Source: Octopus vulgaris (Eukaryota). From it: a stretch of DNA of 64,000 nucleotides. A program made the translations under genes and the position numbers. This document shows positions 39,355 to 53,105 of this stretch, one piece after another. Under the pieces are notes generated by a model. It worked only from the letters and a program-made list of their open reading frames with translations. It was not told the DNA's origin and made no database searches. Within the stretch, counting starts at the first letter, position 1; each line of letters begins with the position of its first letter. Location of the stretch: positions 187,612,001 to 187,676,000 of the forward strand of contig OX597814.1 in NCBI GenBank assembly GCA_951406725.2, written 5' to 3'.

Positions 39355-41992
39355 CATATTGTACGTAGGTGTGAGAGAGAGAGAGAGAGAGCTAGAATTC
39401 ATTCGAAAATTCTCCAGTAAAGCTAACTATTACTACACTCCTATAGAAAGATTTTTCTCTGGAAGTCAATTATCCCTTGCAAGAGAAATTTGAATGATTA
39501 TGTTGGAGCATGGCAATTGAATGCATAAGGTGCTAATCTATTCAATAAAAGGTGAATTTTTCAAATCTGGCTTCAGGCATTATATTACATCTCTATTCTA
39601 AGTACCCTAATGCAACTGTTTTACTTTATATGGAAAATAGAGATTACTTTTACTCCACACTTTAAAATGGCATTCAGTGGTAAAATTCAGATCTAGTGGT
39701 TGTTGTTGCTGTTGTTGTTTTATTGTTACTGTTGTTATTTAACCCTGTGTTATCCCTCACTGAACAGGTCTATAACCAGAGATGTTCATGCAGTAACCAT
39801 CTGATCACTCTTGTATAACAGCAACTACATTGTCCAAATGTATTTTTCATATCTAAGAATTGACTGCTGTTTCTAGTAAGTCATAATAAGAACATAGGGG
39901 TTCAGTAAATGTCATGATTTTCACAAGCACTGAACCCTCTCATTCAGTGGTTCCCAGAGGGATAAATACCAGGCCCTTACCAACAATATTTCAGGAAAAT
40001 GTCTGACCTCCTTCCATCTATTTAATGAGAAGACAATAATAGTTTACAACCAAATAATTATTTTTTTCCTTACCATGAGGTTGACTCATTTAAAAAGTTT
40101 AATTTATTAAACATGGCTTTTCAATCCTCACAGCCCCATCTCCTATGAGAAACACTACCCTCATTAGCTTGCTTTAAAATAATATTATTTAATCAAATTC
40201 ATCAATCAGTTTATATTGTGTGTGTGTGCAATGATAAGTTAAATAATATATATTGTTTGGTATTGTACTAAATTTTTAAAGGTTAACTTAATTTTACTGA
40301 TTATAGAGCCTTCAAATACATATAAAATATACTTCAACTGATTAACTTTACTGAATGTAGACTTTGATATAAATATTTTTCTAAGATTTAACAAAAAATG
40401 CATAAATTTTCAGAAACTTCTAGCATGATTAATACAAAGGAAATGGTTTTCTATAATTTTTTTTTTTTTTAACCTTCTCTTTTCTTTCTATTCTTTCTCT
40501 CCCTCCTTCCTTTCTCCAATTTTTTTTGCTAGAAAACAGTTTTATAGGTCTCTCCCAAGATTGAAGGCAGAAAAGTTTTTTTTTTCTTGTTTATAAGTTA
40601 TCGTTAATTTGACACAGTTAATAATGTCTTTTTTTAGGAATTAACATATAGTTAACAGTTTAAGAGCAGAAATATTAGGCAAAGATGCAATAGTCTGATA
40701 AAACATTTCCAAAATTTTAGAAAAAAAATATGGTATTAACATTAACAGAAAGTTATGTAGTTTAAGCTTCTAATAGTTTTAAGTATCAATTATACTTAAT
40801 CCAAATTAACATGTAAACTCGCTTACATGTTTAATTTGTATCAAGCAAAATTGTTGACAATTATATGCTAAGAAATATCTTAATGGACACTATAGCTTCC
40901 TTAAATTATTTCTGATCATAGAATATGAGGAAATAATAACACATTTTCAAATAAAATATTTTCCATTAAATTAAAGGGTAAAAAAATAAAACTATCAAAA
41001 GCTATATATGCAATACTTCCTAAAACAACTTTATTACAGAAAGAATCCATTTAGTTTGATTTTATCTGATTTAACTTTTAATTCTTCTCTAAAGATGATA
41101 TAGCTACAGATTTATTATACTACAACTCTGCAAAACGGTTTGCTACTTTCTTTTTTTTTAACAAAATGAATGAAATTAGTAGTAAAAGTTATTGATCAGT
41201 AAACTCTACTTTTATACCAAGTTATATAAATATAAAATATTGTATATTCCTGGAGTTCTCAAACGTGATACCTTTGATATTGAGTTTTCAGAAATAAAAA
41301 CATAGAACATTTATAAAAACCAATAAAGCTTTGAAATTTTGAGGTTTCTTTGAATTAGAATTTCTGCTCTACCCACTCAATGTTTTATATGCTTTATTAA
41401 TTTGCGGCCTGCAAAACTTAGAACAGACAAGAGAATCAAGATCAATCCCAGCAGTTGCTAACAAATTAATCCATTTACCTATCAATGAATATTGCAAGAG
41501 AAGTCATGAAACCATTTAATCCAAGTGAGAGAGATAGGGAGGAGGGGGGACAAACAGACAGGCAGACAGATAGGATATGCTTTCGTCTGTATATAAGTAT
41601 TTAATCCACCCACCAATCCAATAGATAGAGTCAAGAGCCATTAGGATTTAGTAGTATCCATAAATGTAGAAAAATGTAGGTAATACTCTAATGTTGGTAT
41701 GGCTGCATGATTAAGAAGTTCACATTGCAATAAATAACATGGTTCATTGTTCCTTGGGCAAAAAAAGCCTTGAGAGTAAAACTGGGAAGCATACAACTAT
41801 GTAAAGACCTTCAGATGAACTGTATCTAGTCTTAGGTGAGAAGCATAATCCAGTCATGGACAAAACTTCCTGAATGGCATGCCTAATGAAAAATTACCAT
41901 GAATTTTCTAGAATGACAGTTTTTCTTCTAAGATGGCTGATAGAAACGTTAGAGTAACTGGAAAAGAATGTCTTGTGCTATTTTTTTTTATA

Positions 41993-42520
41993 GGCACATA
42001 TGTGGCTGTGTAGTAAGAAGCTTGCTTCCCATCCATGTGGTTTGGGATTCAGTCCCAATGTGTGACACCTTGAGTAAGTGTTTTCTACTACAGCTTTGGG
42101 CCAACCAAAACCTTACGTGTGGATTTTAGATGAAAACTGAAAGAAACCTGTCATATATATATATATTTGTTTTGCAAGATTTTTGATGTGAAATTGTGTG
42201 TTGAAACAGATATTGTTGTATGTAAAAGTATATATATATATATATATACACACATATATATCATATATACATATATATTATACATATGTGTGTGTGTGTG
42301 TGTGTTTCTGTGTGTGTGTGTGTTTCTGTGTCTGTGCCCCCCTCCCAGTGCTGGTGTGTTTACATCCCCATAACTTAGCAGTTTGGCATAAGGGACCAAC
42401 AGAATAAGTACCAGACTTTAAAAAATAAGTGCTGGGGTCAATTACATTCAACCAAAGATTCTTCATAGTGGTGTCCCAACATGGCCACAGTCTAATGACT
42501 AAAACAAGTAAAAGACAAAC
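41993..42520 (+). mobile_element. SINE family A with an internal TA-associated insertion
   Basis: Head gtggctgtgtagtaagaagc, tail tgactaaaacaagtaaaag; 42166-42220 matches the 18920-18970 repeat. Confidence 0.75.
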
Positions 42521-42534
42521 AATAAAAAGTAATG

Positions 42535-42740
42535 CAGTTGCCAGTACCGCGTGACTGGCCCTCATGCCGGTGGCACATAAAAGCACCCACTACACTCTCG
42601 GAGTGGTTGGCGTTAGGAAGCTGTAGAAACTCTGCCAAATCAGATTGGAGTCTGGTGCAGCCATCTGGTTCGCCAGACCTCAGCCAAATCGTCCAACCCA
42701 TGCTAGCATAGAAAGCGGACGTTTGATGGTGATGATGATG
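42535..42740 (+). mobile_element. RTE LINE 3' end with (GAT)n tail
   Basis: Same motifs as 38998-39260. Confidence 0.75.
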
Positions 42741-43239
42741 CAGCCTGCCGGCTGATGAACCATGTCTCACATGGCCTGTTTCTCAAAAACAGTTGCTCAT
42801 GCCTGGCATAATCTCTTATCAGGTTTTACACTATCTAGCTCTTCAATACCTTTAACAGAGTCTACCAGGTCCCTACATGTGTACTTGAGTCAGCATTTAC
42901 TCAAGATAAGTTGAGCCAGCTCTAGCCAAAAAATCTCTATCGTTGCAAAAAGAAACCAACTATCTCAGGGATCACAGGCAGCTGACACAGAGATCATCAG
43001 ACCACCACCCAGTCACAGTTTCAATGGTGGCTCCATTTTCAGTTTGAGGATAACTCAATAAACTCGATGAGCTGTTTTCTACTTTAACAATACATGAGTC
43101 GTCTTTTTTCATCCTCACCTCACCCACCAGTCTTAAAAGCTCTTCAAAGGTCATGGATGCTTTCCTCCCTCTTCAAACAAACATTTCTTTTTTAAAAATA
43201 ACATTTAAGATTTTATGAATACATTCTCTCACACTCTCA

Positions 43240-43318
<79 letters not shown>

Positions 43319-43908
43319 TGTATGATGTGAATATAAATTCTAAATTCATGTTAGAATATTGCTAATAAAACATAAACATAGAATCAAGTGTTCTTGATTC
43401 TAGTGTAGAAAACCATTTTATATATGTAAGCAGCAATTGAAACAAGGCAAATTCTATTCTGACAGAAGCAACAGTGTTTCCTTAGACAAATAACATTCCA
43501 AGTATGTGGCTAATGGGTACTATGTTAAAAACTAGAATTATGAATCTAAGATCAGATTACAGGCAAGTTAAAGACATCCTAACAAGAAAACTACAAGATC
43601 AGTAAACTGAATTATTTATTTATTTATTCTCATTTTTTTTTATTAAATACTATTAAGACATAAATGATTTAACAGATCCTTTCAACTCTTTTACTAATAT
43701 CCTCGATAAAGTAACAAAAAAAAGCAGTTTGATATGTGTGTGTTTCTGCCTGTCTGTCTGTCTATGTATACACGCCTATATGCAGAATAAAACAAATATA
43801 TACATCAGCAAAAGAACACTATTCAAACATACTTTTACTCATGGTTTTTTCTTAATACTTATTACTTATGTATAAAATCTATCCCTCTCTCTCTCTCTCT
43901 CTCTCTCC

Positions 43909-43946
<38 letters not shown>

Positions 43947-43947
43947 T

Positions 43948-44139
43948 TCTCTTTTACTTGTTTCAGTCATTTGACTGGAGCACCGCCTTTAGTCGAGCAA
44001 ATCAACCCCAGGACTTATTCTTTGTAAGCCTAGTACTTATTCTATCGGTCTCTTTTGCCGAACCGCTAAGTTACGGGAACGTAAGCACACCAGCATTGGT
44101 TGTCAAGCCATGTTGGGGGGACAAACACAGACACACAAG

Positions 44140-44177
<38 letters not shown>

Positions 44178-44292
44178 ACGAGCTTCTTTCAGTTTCCATC
44201 TACCAAATCCACTCACAAGGCTTTAGTCGGCCCGAGGCTATAGTAGAAGACACTTGCCCAAGGTGCCATGCAGTGGGACTGAACCCGGAACC
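43948..44292 (-). mobile_element. SINE family A (5'-truncated)
   Basis: High similarity to 17469-17874. Confidence 0.85.
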
Positions 44293-45489
44293 ATATATAT
44301 ATTGTTTTTAAAACATTATCTAAAAATAACTAATCAACTAAGTCCAATATTTGCTGTTTAGAATAAATGATAACTGTAACATTATGTCATCCTATATCAG
44401 CAATGACTAAGCTAACCAATGATCAAAAGCTTTCCTGTCATGACCATCTCATCTTTATTCAGACATTTTATCAAAGTTTATATTACCCAATGTATACCCT
44501 TTTGTAAAAGACAGTGAAGTAAGATTTGAGGAAGACTTGGATGCTATTTCTAGCATGTAGAGCAATTACAGATATTTCTTCAATAAATTGTTATTCTAGA
44601 AAATGATTTAGGGCGAGTTGTCTCTTTCCCTAACCTCAATCCCTTTGCTATCTGGGGTTGGAATATTTTAGTGAATGTCAGCAACTAAACAGGAAACTTT
44701 ACTTTAGGCTCCTCCAGTTGCTTTATACTAGCATTAGTAATGGAAACTAGCAACATAATTTTGAAAAGTACATACCAAGATATTATTTCAATAAAGAAAA
44801 ACTAAACAGTATTTAATAGAAATATATTTGAAGACAATGTTTTAATTTAAAACATAATGAAACTGTTAATAATTAATATCTCGGCATGATTTTTATTTTT
44901 TCACAAATTATCAAAACAAAGATTTAATTATCCTTTAAAATTAACCCCTGTTACCTTTTCTTTTTATTTCTTTTTTTGTCTTTTTAATATTTTAATAACT
45001 AAATATTATGCTACTAAAACAGAAGACAACATTTGTTCTGCTATACATGTAAACATCATTTTATTAACAATAAAAAAAAAAACCATCTGGCTAATTAGCA
45101 AAAGATTTATTCATCAACATATTACAACCACTAGCCCATTAATGCACAGTTTCTGCTGTTTCTCCTCTTCTGTATTTCTTTGTTACTAGAACAGTTTCAG
45201 CTCTTCTGAACTAGCAGCAACCTGCATTCCACTGCTACTCAAGCTCATCATGTTTCCACTTCTCCATTCATCAACCTTACGATATCATACCACCATACTC
45301 CACACTAAATTCATTACTCAATCTGTCCAAAGCAGAGCCACAGCTTTCTTGTGACTCAATCACTGCTGCAAGTGACATTCTTACAAATTTCAATCGACAG
45401 AAGTTCAAGTTGAACATCAACTGCAGCAACCTCTACAGACTGGTAGATCATCATCAAGTGCTACTTCTCCTCATCTTACTAAAATAATG

Positions 45490-45665
45490 GTTCTAAATTT
45501 TGACACAAGGCCCGAAATTTCAGGGAAGTGGGGAAGTTGATTACATCAACCCCAGTGTTCAGACTGGAATTTATTTTATCAACCCTGAAAGGATGAAAGG
45601 TAAAGTCGACCTCAGCAGAATTTAAACCCAGAATGTAAAGACGGATGAAATGCCACAAAGCATTT
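45490..45665 (-). mobile_element. SINE family B2
   Basis: cacaaggcccgaaatttc tail and aaaggatgaaaggtaaagtcgacctc body in reverse orientation. Confidence 0.75.
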
Positions 45666-46429
45666 AACTTATATATTTTCTTGACCTCTGAAGGGTTTGA
45701 ACTGAGAATTTAAAGAGCCAGAACCAATTCTGCAAGGTATTTTGTCTACCAATCCACTATCTTTTCTGACTAAATAATAATAAGAAAATATAAATTACAA
45801 TCTTACATCATAAAACACAACTTGCTTTCATCTGAATTAAAAGCTCCAACTTCTTATTTTACCAGAAGAAACACCAGCAAAATATATCATAAATAATTCT
45901 ATATACATTTCTGAAGCATCTATTTAATTGTTACTGGGTAGTTAAAATTCAAAGATGCTTTTCTTGTTACTGAAATCAATCAATATGGTTTTCAGCATGT
46001 ACAGAAAGAAAAAAAAAGCAATAACATAGCACCTACAATTCACAGAAAATTTTTTTCCTAAATTTTGAAGTTTGCTTTACACACACTAAAATGCTTTTAA
46101 ATTTCTGTCTGCACTTGCTTATGGTACCTAACAAGGTTGGAGAAGTGACTTCAATTATCAATAATTGATACAGCAGTAGGAATATAGTTAGGTGAAATAA
46201 TGAAGAATAGTGATATAACATAAAAGGAAGAGCTAGCAATAGAGAAAAATATCCATTTGTGTACTTAATACCATTTTTATTTGAATAAAATGTGATTTCA
46301 AACATAATGTGACACTCACATTTTGTATGTAATTCAGTAATAAATTTTATCCTTTTATTTTTCTTATACAACTATAATACTACTCCACAGTTTTGACCCT
46401 GGTGTAGTGTACTAAATGTTATATATTAA

Positions 46430-46885
46430 CCCTTTAGCATTCAAATTACTCTGTCAAATGTATTGCTTATTTATTTGCATTGTTTTGAATTAATCATGCA
46501 TTATCTCTCAGCTTCAACATTTCAATACTGTGATTGTTTAAGGCGGCGAGCTGGCAGAAACATTAGCACGCCGGGCGAAATGCGTAGCCGTATTTTGTCT
46601 GAGTTCAAATTCCGCCGAGGTCGACATTGCCTTTCATCCTTCCGGGGTTGATAAATTAAGTACCAGTTACACACTGGGATCAATATAATCGACTTAATCC
46701 GTTTGTCTGTCCTTGTTTGTCCCCTCTGTGTTTAGCCTCTTGTGGGTAGTAAAGAAATAAATACTGTGATTGTTTAATTTTGAAATGACATTATAGGATA
46801 GATATGAGAGGTTGGATCTGGCCAGTTTGAATGTAAAACAGGTAGAATATTTGGGCCAAACATGGCTGGTTTAAATGCTAAAGGG
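46430..46885 (+). mobile_element. piggyBac-like MITE, family 1, with nested SINE B
   Basis: TTAA|CCCTTTAG...CTAAAGGG; sequence outside the SINE aligns with 33090-33307. Confidence 0.85.
46542..46759 (+). mobile_element. SINE family B with 18 bp TSD
   Basis: TSD aatactgtgattgtttaa at 46524-46541 and 46760-46777. Confidence 0.92.
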
Positions 46886-47581
46886 CTATACAGAAGTAAA
46901 TATTTCAATTTTCAATGAATGTAAGCAGTATCTAAGTGTTAAATAAAAAAAATTCTGAAACAAAACATCATAACGGCACTACATGTTACTGATAAAATAC
47001 TAAAATATTCTGACCAGTTTGGTCTATTAAAAAAGAAAGTTTATTGATTTCTTAAAGACTTATTTCAACTTAGCAAAATCATTAAACTTTACATTATATA
47101 TTTAAAGTTTTAATCCTTAAGAACATCTTTGTAGTGTGCGTGTGCCAGCACATGTATGTACATTTGTGTTTCTATTTTATGTATGTATGTCAATTGATTT
47201 TAAAAGACAGCAAACTGGCAGAACTGTTAGCACACCAACCAAAATGCTTACAGTTGTTTTGTCCATCTTTATGTCCTAAGTTCAAATTCAGCTGAGGCTA
47301 ACTGTGCTTTTTATACTTCTAAGGCAAATGGGTACCAGTTGAGTACTAGGGTCAATGTAACCAAAACTGTTATCATTTTAACATCCACTTTTCCATGTTT
47401 GCATGGATTACATAGAGTTTATTGAAGCAGGCGTTCTATGATCAGATGCCTTGTCTGTCACCAAACCTCACCTGTTTCTAAGCAGGGTAATATTTGTAGA
47501 ATATTGAAAATGTATTACACTGCTTGTATGACATTGACACTCATTTACAGTTATCATGGAATGACAAGACAAAGACAGACA

Positions 47582-47639
<58 letters not shown>

Positions 47640-47649
<10 letters not shown>

Positions 47650-47812
47650 GGGCTTCTTTCAATTTCTGTCCCCCCAAATCCACTCATAAGGCTTGCTTGA
47701 CCCAGGGCTATTGTAGAAGACACTTGCCCAAGGTGCCATGCAGTGGGGTTCAACCCAGAACAATGTGGCTGGGCAAGCAAGCATCTTGCCACAAGGCCAT
47801 GCCTGCACCTAT
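47640..47812 (-). mobile_element. SINE family A 5' part
   Basis: agaagacacttgcccaaggtgccatgcagtgggg, reverse-complement head. Confidence 0.75.
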
Positions 47813-49533
47813 AAGGAGATAGACATGGATATGAAAAATAGTTTTGAGATAAAAAAATTTCCAGAATAGGAATTAATTCCCAAACTTAAGATACCTTAAA
47901 ATACTTGAAGTTATATAATATATGATATGTATTAAAATCATATTACAGACTGTTTTACATTTCAGACAAACTTCTTTACTTGTAAAGATTTATTCCTTAG
48001 ACGTCTTGACAAATATGATTATTTTTCCAATAGATTTACTTCAGTTTTGATACTTACATTCTTTGGAAGTTACCATACACAAAGTGGCACTGTCAGAATA
48101 AAGGAAGCTTCTTTTATTTTCCTTAGTGTTTGATGAACTCGTAAATAATAGATTAAAATGGCTTTTAACTTATAGCAAGAAAGTTAATCTTCACCTCTCT
48201 TCTGCACAGATACAATCTGACCTAAATCCATTGTACACCCATTCATATTCATTCTTATTTTATATATATATCCATTGAAATTTCATGCAATAATAATCAA
48301 TTCTTTATCCATTATCTGTCAATTCAGCTTTCATTTTGCCACAAAAACCATATCATATTGTATATATATTTACAGTGAAAGATACAACATAAAACACCTG
48401 TTGAGTTACTAGAAGAACAGTGATCATAAAAATTATTCAGTCAGTCTCTATTCATTATAGAATGAAGTGCCTTACACACATACAAACAGAAAGTTATAAG
48501 AAAGTTGAATTCAATAGCAAATATATGAAAGGATTAAAACAAATTGAAGAGAAGTAATTTTGTATAGGTGTCAATAAATGTACAAAATTTGAATGACACT
48601 AATTGATCTTTCAAGCATATTTTGATTTTATTAGTCAGGAGTAATTGACAATTCAGCTATTCTTAGTTGCATAGGTTTTCTGAAATACACTACGTATTTC
48701 TAGTTCAAATTATTATTACCTCTGGTTTGTTAAATAATGATTTCACTAATACTGTATGAAATTATTTCAGAGACAAAGGTCCTTTCTTTATTTGCAAAGA
48801 TGTTTAATTTTATCAACCTCATATGAAATTATCACAAAACGGAGATACAACAAACACTCTAGTATATTTCTCTAGGACAAGTCCAGTATTATAATTTACC
48901 AATCTTAATGTTCCATTTTTCCATGACAAAGAAAATACAAAAAAAAAAGAAGTTTTGTCAACAATGACTATATTATAGAATTATAAAATAGCTGTTTATG
49001 TTTCCATAGTAGATCAAACTATTTCTTTGGTAAGTTGTAATCTTTTGTAAATTGTTATAATTCTTATAATATAAGTCTTCCTTACTGTTTACTTCTAATT
49101 CATTTCATTCTATCATTTCTTTCTAACTCATTCTTTTTAGCCAATAAGATCTGAAGGTTGGGATTTTGCAAAGTCTGTGAGACTGTGTGAATGTATATCC
49201 TTCCCCTACTCAACATGAGTAACAATGCAGCTCTTCTAAAACATCCTGCTCAGACCACACTCACTCCTCAAGGTTTGTAGTCTTGTGAATCACACAGCAA
49301 CCTCAGTGGTGCTAGTGACACAGAAAAAGCACCCAGTACATGCTGTACAATTGTTAGCATTAAGAAGGGCCTCAAACTGTAGAAACCATGCTAAAGCAGT
49401 CACTGGAGCATGATGCAGTCCTTAGACCAACTAGGTCCAATCAAACTGTACTACAGATGCCAGCATGGAACATGGACATTAATGATAATGATGACAATGA
49501 CTATTTAAAACATTAATTTTATTCATATATATA

Positions 49534-49698
49534 TGCAGTTAAGTATATGTCCAGTCATAGAGATAGCCATGGTTTCACATCCTAAAGTGCTTAGCACTTA
49601 TGGATGACTTGAGAGCCTGACAAGCCATCCATGGGGCTAAGCCCTTTATGGATGCAAAACCATGGGTCACTCTATGACCGGATATATACTTAACTACA
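49534..49698 (+). mobile_element. Inverted Penelope-like terminal repeat with CpG-decayed hammerhead
   Basis: Arms 49534-49611 and 49621-49698; agagc-ctgacaa-gccatccat...atggatgc-aaaa-ccatgg-gtc-actct at 49612-49673. Confidence 0.7.
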
Positions 49699-49939
49699 TA
49701 AAAATGTATTACTACTCTATGGTTTAGAGTGTGCTTCTTTTTTGGATATATGATACACTGATGGTATATATATATATAATATACTATTTAAATACTATTA
49801 AAATATTAATTAAAAATGACAGATTAATAATATAAGATGTGTGTTCAGGCATCTGCAAAATAGGTTGTAGAAGTCAGATAAGCCAAAAGAAGTACCACCA
49901 GAATAAATTTCATGAATTATATTAAGATACTTGTTTCAC

Positions 49940-50280
49940 TTGTTACACCCTCAGAGCAACCACTCCCAATACAGACTTGGTCACCTAAGTAAGGGTAGCT
50001 ATCAACTACTTGTAGTTTTTCCCCCTGGAATATGATGGAATCTGTTTTCTGCATATTTTCAGTGTGCATTTGCCACACAAATAAACTATCTCTTGTGTGT
50101 CCATAGCTTACACCGAGTACTTCTTAAGGAGTTTCTACCTACACATTTTCGACAGATCGAGCAGGGCCATCTACCTGAAGGGATTTGTGGTTTGTCTGCC
50201 TTCCTACTTATCAAGACTTTGGTTTTTGCTAGATTGACTCAATGTCCCTTCGATTCTAGTCATCAGCATACAGAAGCTCC
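49940..50280 (-). mobile_element. RTE LINE ORF fragment
   Basis: Nucleotide match to 58640-58990 (NLAKTKVLISRKADKPQIPSGRWPCSICRK...YLGDQV). Confidence 0.85.
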
Positions 50281-50295
50281 AATATATATATATAA

Positions 50296-50458
50296 TCATC
50301 ACCATTTAGTTAGCATGGATCAGATTGTTTGACTGGAACTGATAAGATAGAGAGGTGCACCAGGCTCCAGTCTGCTTTGGCTTGGTTTTTACGGATGGAT
50401 GCCCTTCCTAACACCAACCACTCCACAGAGTGTACCTGGTGCCTTTTACATGTCACCT
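50296..50458 (-). mobile_element. RTE LINE 3' end
   Basis: ggatgcccttcctaacaccaaccactccacagagtg and catcaccat tail remnant. Confidence 0.7.
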
Positions 50459-51071
50459 GCATACATAAATATATATATATATATATATATGTATGTACAT
50501 ACACTTATATAAGTGTAAGCGCTTATATATAAAGTTGTACACACACACACACACACACACATTAGCTGCCATTGTATTATAGAAACAGATTCAAATTTCT
50601 TTTATATATTATTAATTCTATTGACTGGGGGAGAGGGCAGTTTACAAACAAACAGTTGAAGTGACAACTTTGCACAATGGTATTAATAAAAGATGAACCT
50701 ATTGCCTCCATGGAGTTCTCCTAGGAGGAATCTAAGGCCATTACAATAATATCTTTTATATTATTTCAATTGACTTGGAAGATCAGTATAGTTGATAGAC
50801 AACAATCTCATACAAGCATAGCAACTATTGATTACATAGAATAGATGGTATAGAATGACTATCTCATAAGCAAACAAATACAGACATATCAATAAAAAAA
50901 AAGTTAATACTCCCTGTTAAAATACTAGTTTCTATCAACAAATCATTCTAGATAAATAGTTTATAAACAAAATGGTCACACTTGACAGTGGTTTGAAATC
51001 ATACATGATAAAGTATTATGGAAAAAAAGGTCAAAAGATATGGCTGTTGTGGAAATAATCCCAACAAATTA

Positions 51072-51260
51072 AATAATAATAATAATAATAATAATAATTG
51101 TGTACAGTGCTCAGGTGCACTACAACTCATCTAAAGTGTATATATAATCAGGTGTAGTTTCGGCGGATTTCGGAAAGCATGTGAATCCATGCCCAGGGAA
51201 ACAAGGCGCTCAGAATATGGTAGGTGTCTGATGGAGGGTATGCGTTTGATGGAGGGTATT
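51072..51260 (-). mobile_element. CR1-like LINE 3' end with internal deletion and (ATT)n tail
   Basis: Minus translation KRIPSIRHLPYSERLVSLGMDS joined directly to MLSEIRRNYT*, then UTR ...gcacctgagcactgtacacaattattatt. Confidence 0.7.
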
Positions 51261-51340
51261 AAGTTAGATCAAAACTGTAGGACAGGGGGCACAAATAGAC
51301 AGAAGTTAAGAATCTAGTTTATTTAACAACCTATTTTAAA

Positions 51341-51556
51341 CCTTTTCGTTACTATATTTCTATTGAAACTCACTGTCTTTGTTTCAATTAATTTTTAAAA
51401 TATTGAAGAATTTAGAAACTTAACTTGTCATTATGAGGCTGGTGCTTGAAATATTAGCATAAAATTTTGATAAGAGGATCTATTTAAATTACTTTCAACC
51501 AGGAAGTTTGTACCATAGAACCAGACAAGGCCACATGCGGTTTGGTATCAAAATGT
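51341..51556 (+). mobile_element. piggyBac-like MITE, family 2
   Basis: ttaaa|ccttttcgttac...gtatcaaaatgt|ttaa; inverse match to 33581-33801. Confidence 0.65.
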
Positions 51557-52909
51557 TTAACAGAGAAAAACAAAAATTATAAACTAGTAAAGAGGATATG
51601 AATATTTCAATTGGCATTCTAATAAATTTATTATAATTACTCTAGTAATTTCAGATGAAAAATTTTAAGAGCTTAAAGTAAACATCTAACACATTTTAGA
51701 GTTTTCTCTTTAACATAGTAACTCTATGGATTATAAACTTTGTTTACTTTTTTCTTTTTGTAACAAATGTATTCAATGCTTATAAACATACAAAATTAGA
51801 CATTATTAAATTAATTTCCACAATGTACCTCTGATATCCATTTGAATTAAAAGGCATCTAATGCAACTCATTGAGGTATCATATAAATAATACAGATATA
51901 CAGGTTAATAACTTTGATTGAACAGATAATCCTATCTTTATTTAAAATTTTGAAATCTGTAATTGACTTTTGAAATTCAGTTAAACAAATTAGCAGATGA
52001 GAAAAGTTAAACAAGTTGAATAATTCAACATAGTAAAGTTAGACTATCTATATCCAATTTCTTCTTATGCTCTTAATATTAAAAGGTTTTGATACCATAA
52101 CTGTACAAATTTATATCATTTTTTCTTCTGATTAATATATTTTTTAATAATTCTATAATGAAATTAGAAACAAAATCACTAGAGATAACAGGAAAAATGT
52201 TATATATATTTCTGTTGGTTTATAAAAGGTGATACTCATTATATATACACACACACATATATATATATATATACATACATATACACACACACACACACAC
52301 ATAAAATGTGTGTGGACACAGGTGCGTACACTCTTTCAAATGATGTTCATAATATATATTTATGAGCATTAAACTGAAAAAATAATTCTTCCACCCAGGA
52401 AATTTCTATCACAGTTCACAAAAAATTTTCTAAAAAGAATCATGCAAAATTTCAAAAGAGAATCTGAAAGCTGAACTTTTTTTCTGCAACTATCATCAAA
52501 TGTGTGTTATCTTTACAGGAGTTGATCTTTGAACAACTTTGAATATTACACATATTTAAAGAACAAAACAAATGTTATCAACACATAACAAGGAACAGTT
52601 ATGAAATATGAGATAAACAACAATTAGCAGAAAATTATAATAGTTATATCTTAAAGTGGAGGGAAATCTGATAAATGAGAAATAGTTTATTTTAAATAAG
52701 AGCTGTTGTTTTTTTTTTTTTTTTATTTCTAACTGCTATTTAAACCTTACACTGAGTTGTTTAATCCAACAAATAAATCTGTTCTTATAAAATAAGTACT
52801 AGTCACTGTTTTCAATTAAATAAATGACACAAGAAATACTCAGTTATACAACAAATACTACTAAGGAAAAAGAGCAAATATATCCTTTTAAATAGTTTTA
52901 TCACTACTT

Positions 52910-53105
52910 AGGGCAGAGTGCTGGCAGAACCGTTAGCATGCCAGGTAAGATGCTTAGCGGCATTTTCATCCATCTCTAAATTCTGAGGATGATTTTGCCT
53001 TTTGTCCATTCATGGTCAATAAAATAAGCAGTTGAGCACTGAAGTCGATTTAATCAACTTGGTCCCTCCCCAAAAACTGTTAGCCTTGCCCCAAAATTTG
53101 AAAGC
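52910..53105 (+). mobile_element. SINE family B2
   Basis: ctggcagaaccgttagc head, agccttgccccaaaatttgaaag tail; flanks tttatcactact and tttaccactact. Confidence 0.75.

Noticed and set aside
42790-43165. Possible LINE or exon fragment (ORF 42972..43154)
   Set aside because: Only a faint resemblance to an RTE C-terminus; no motif or splice sites that I can support.
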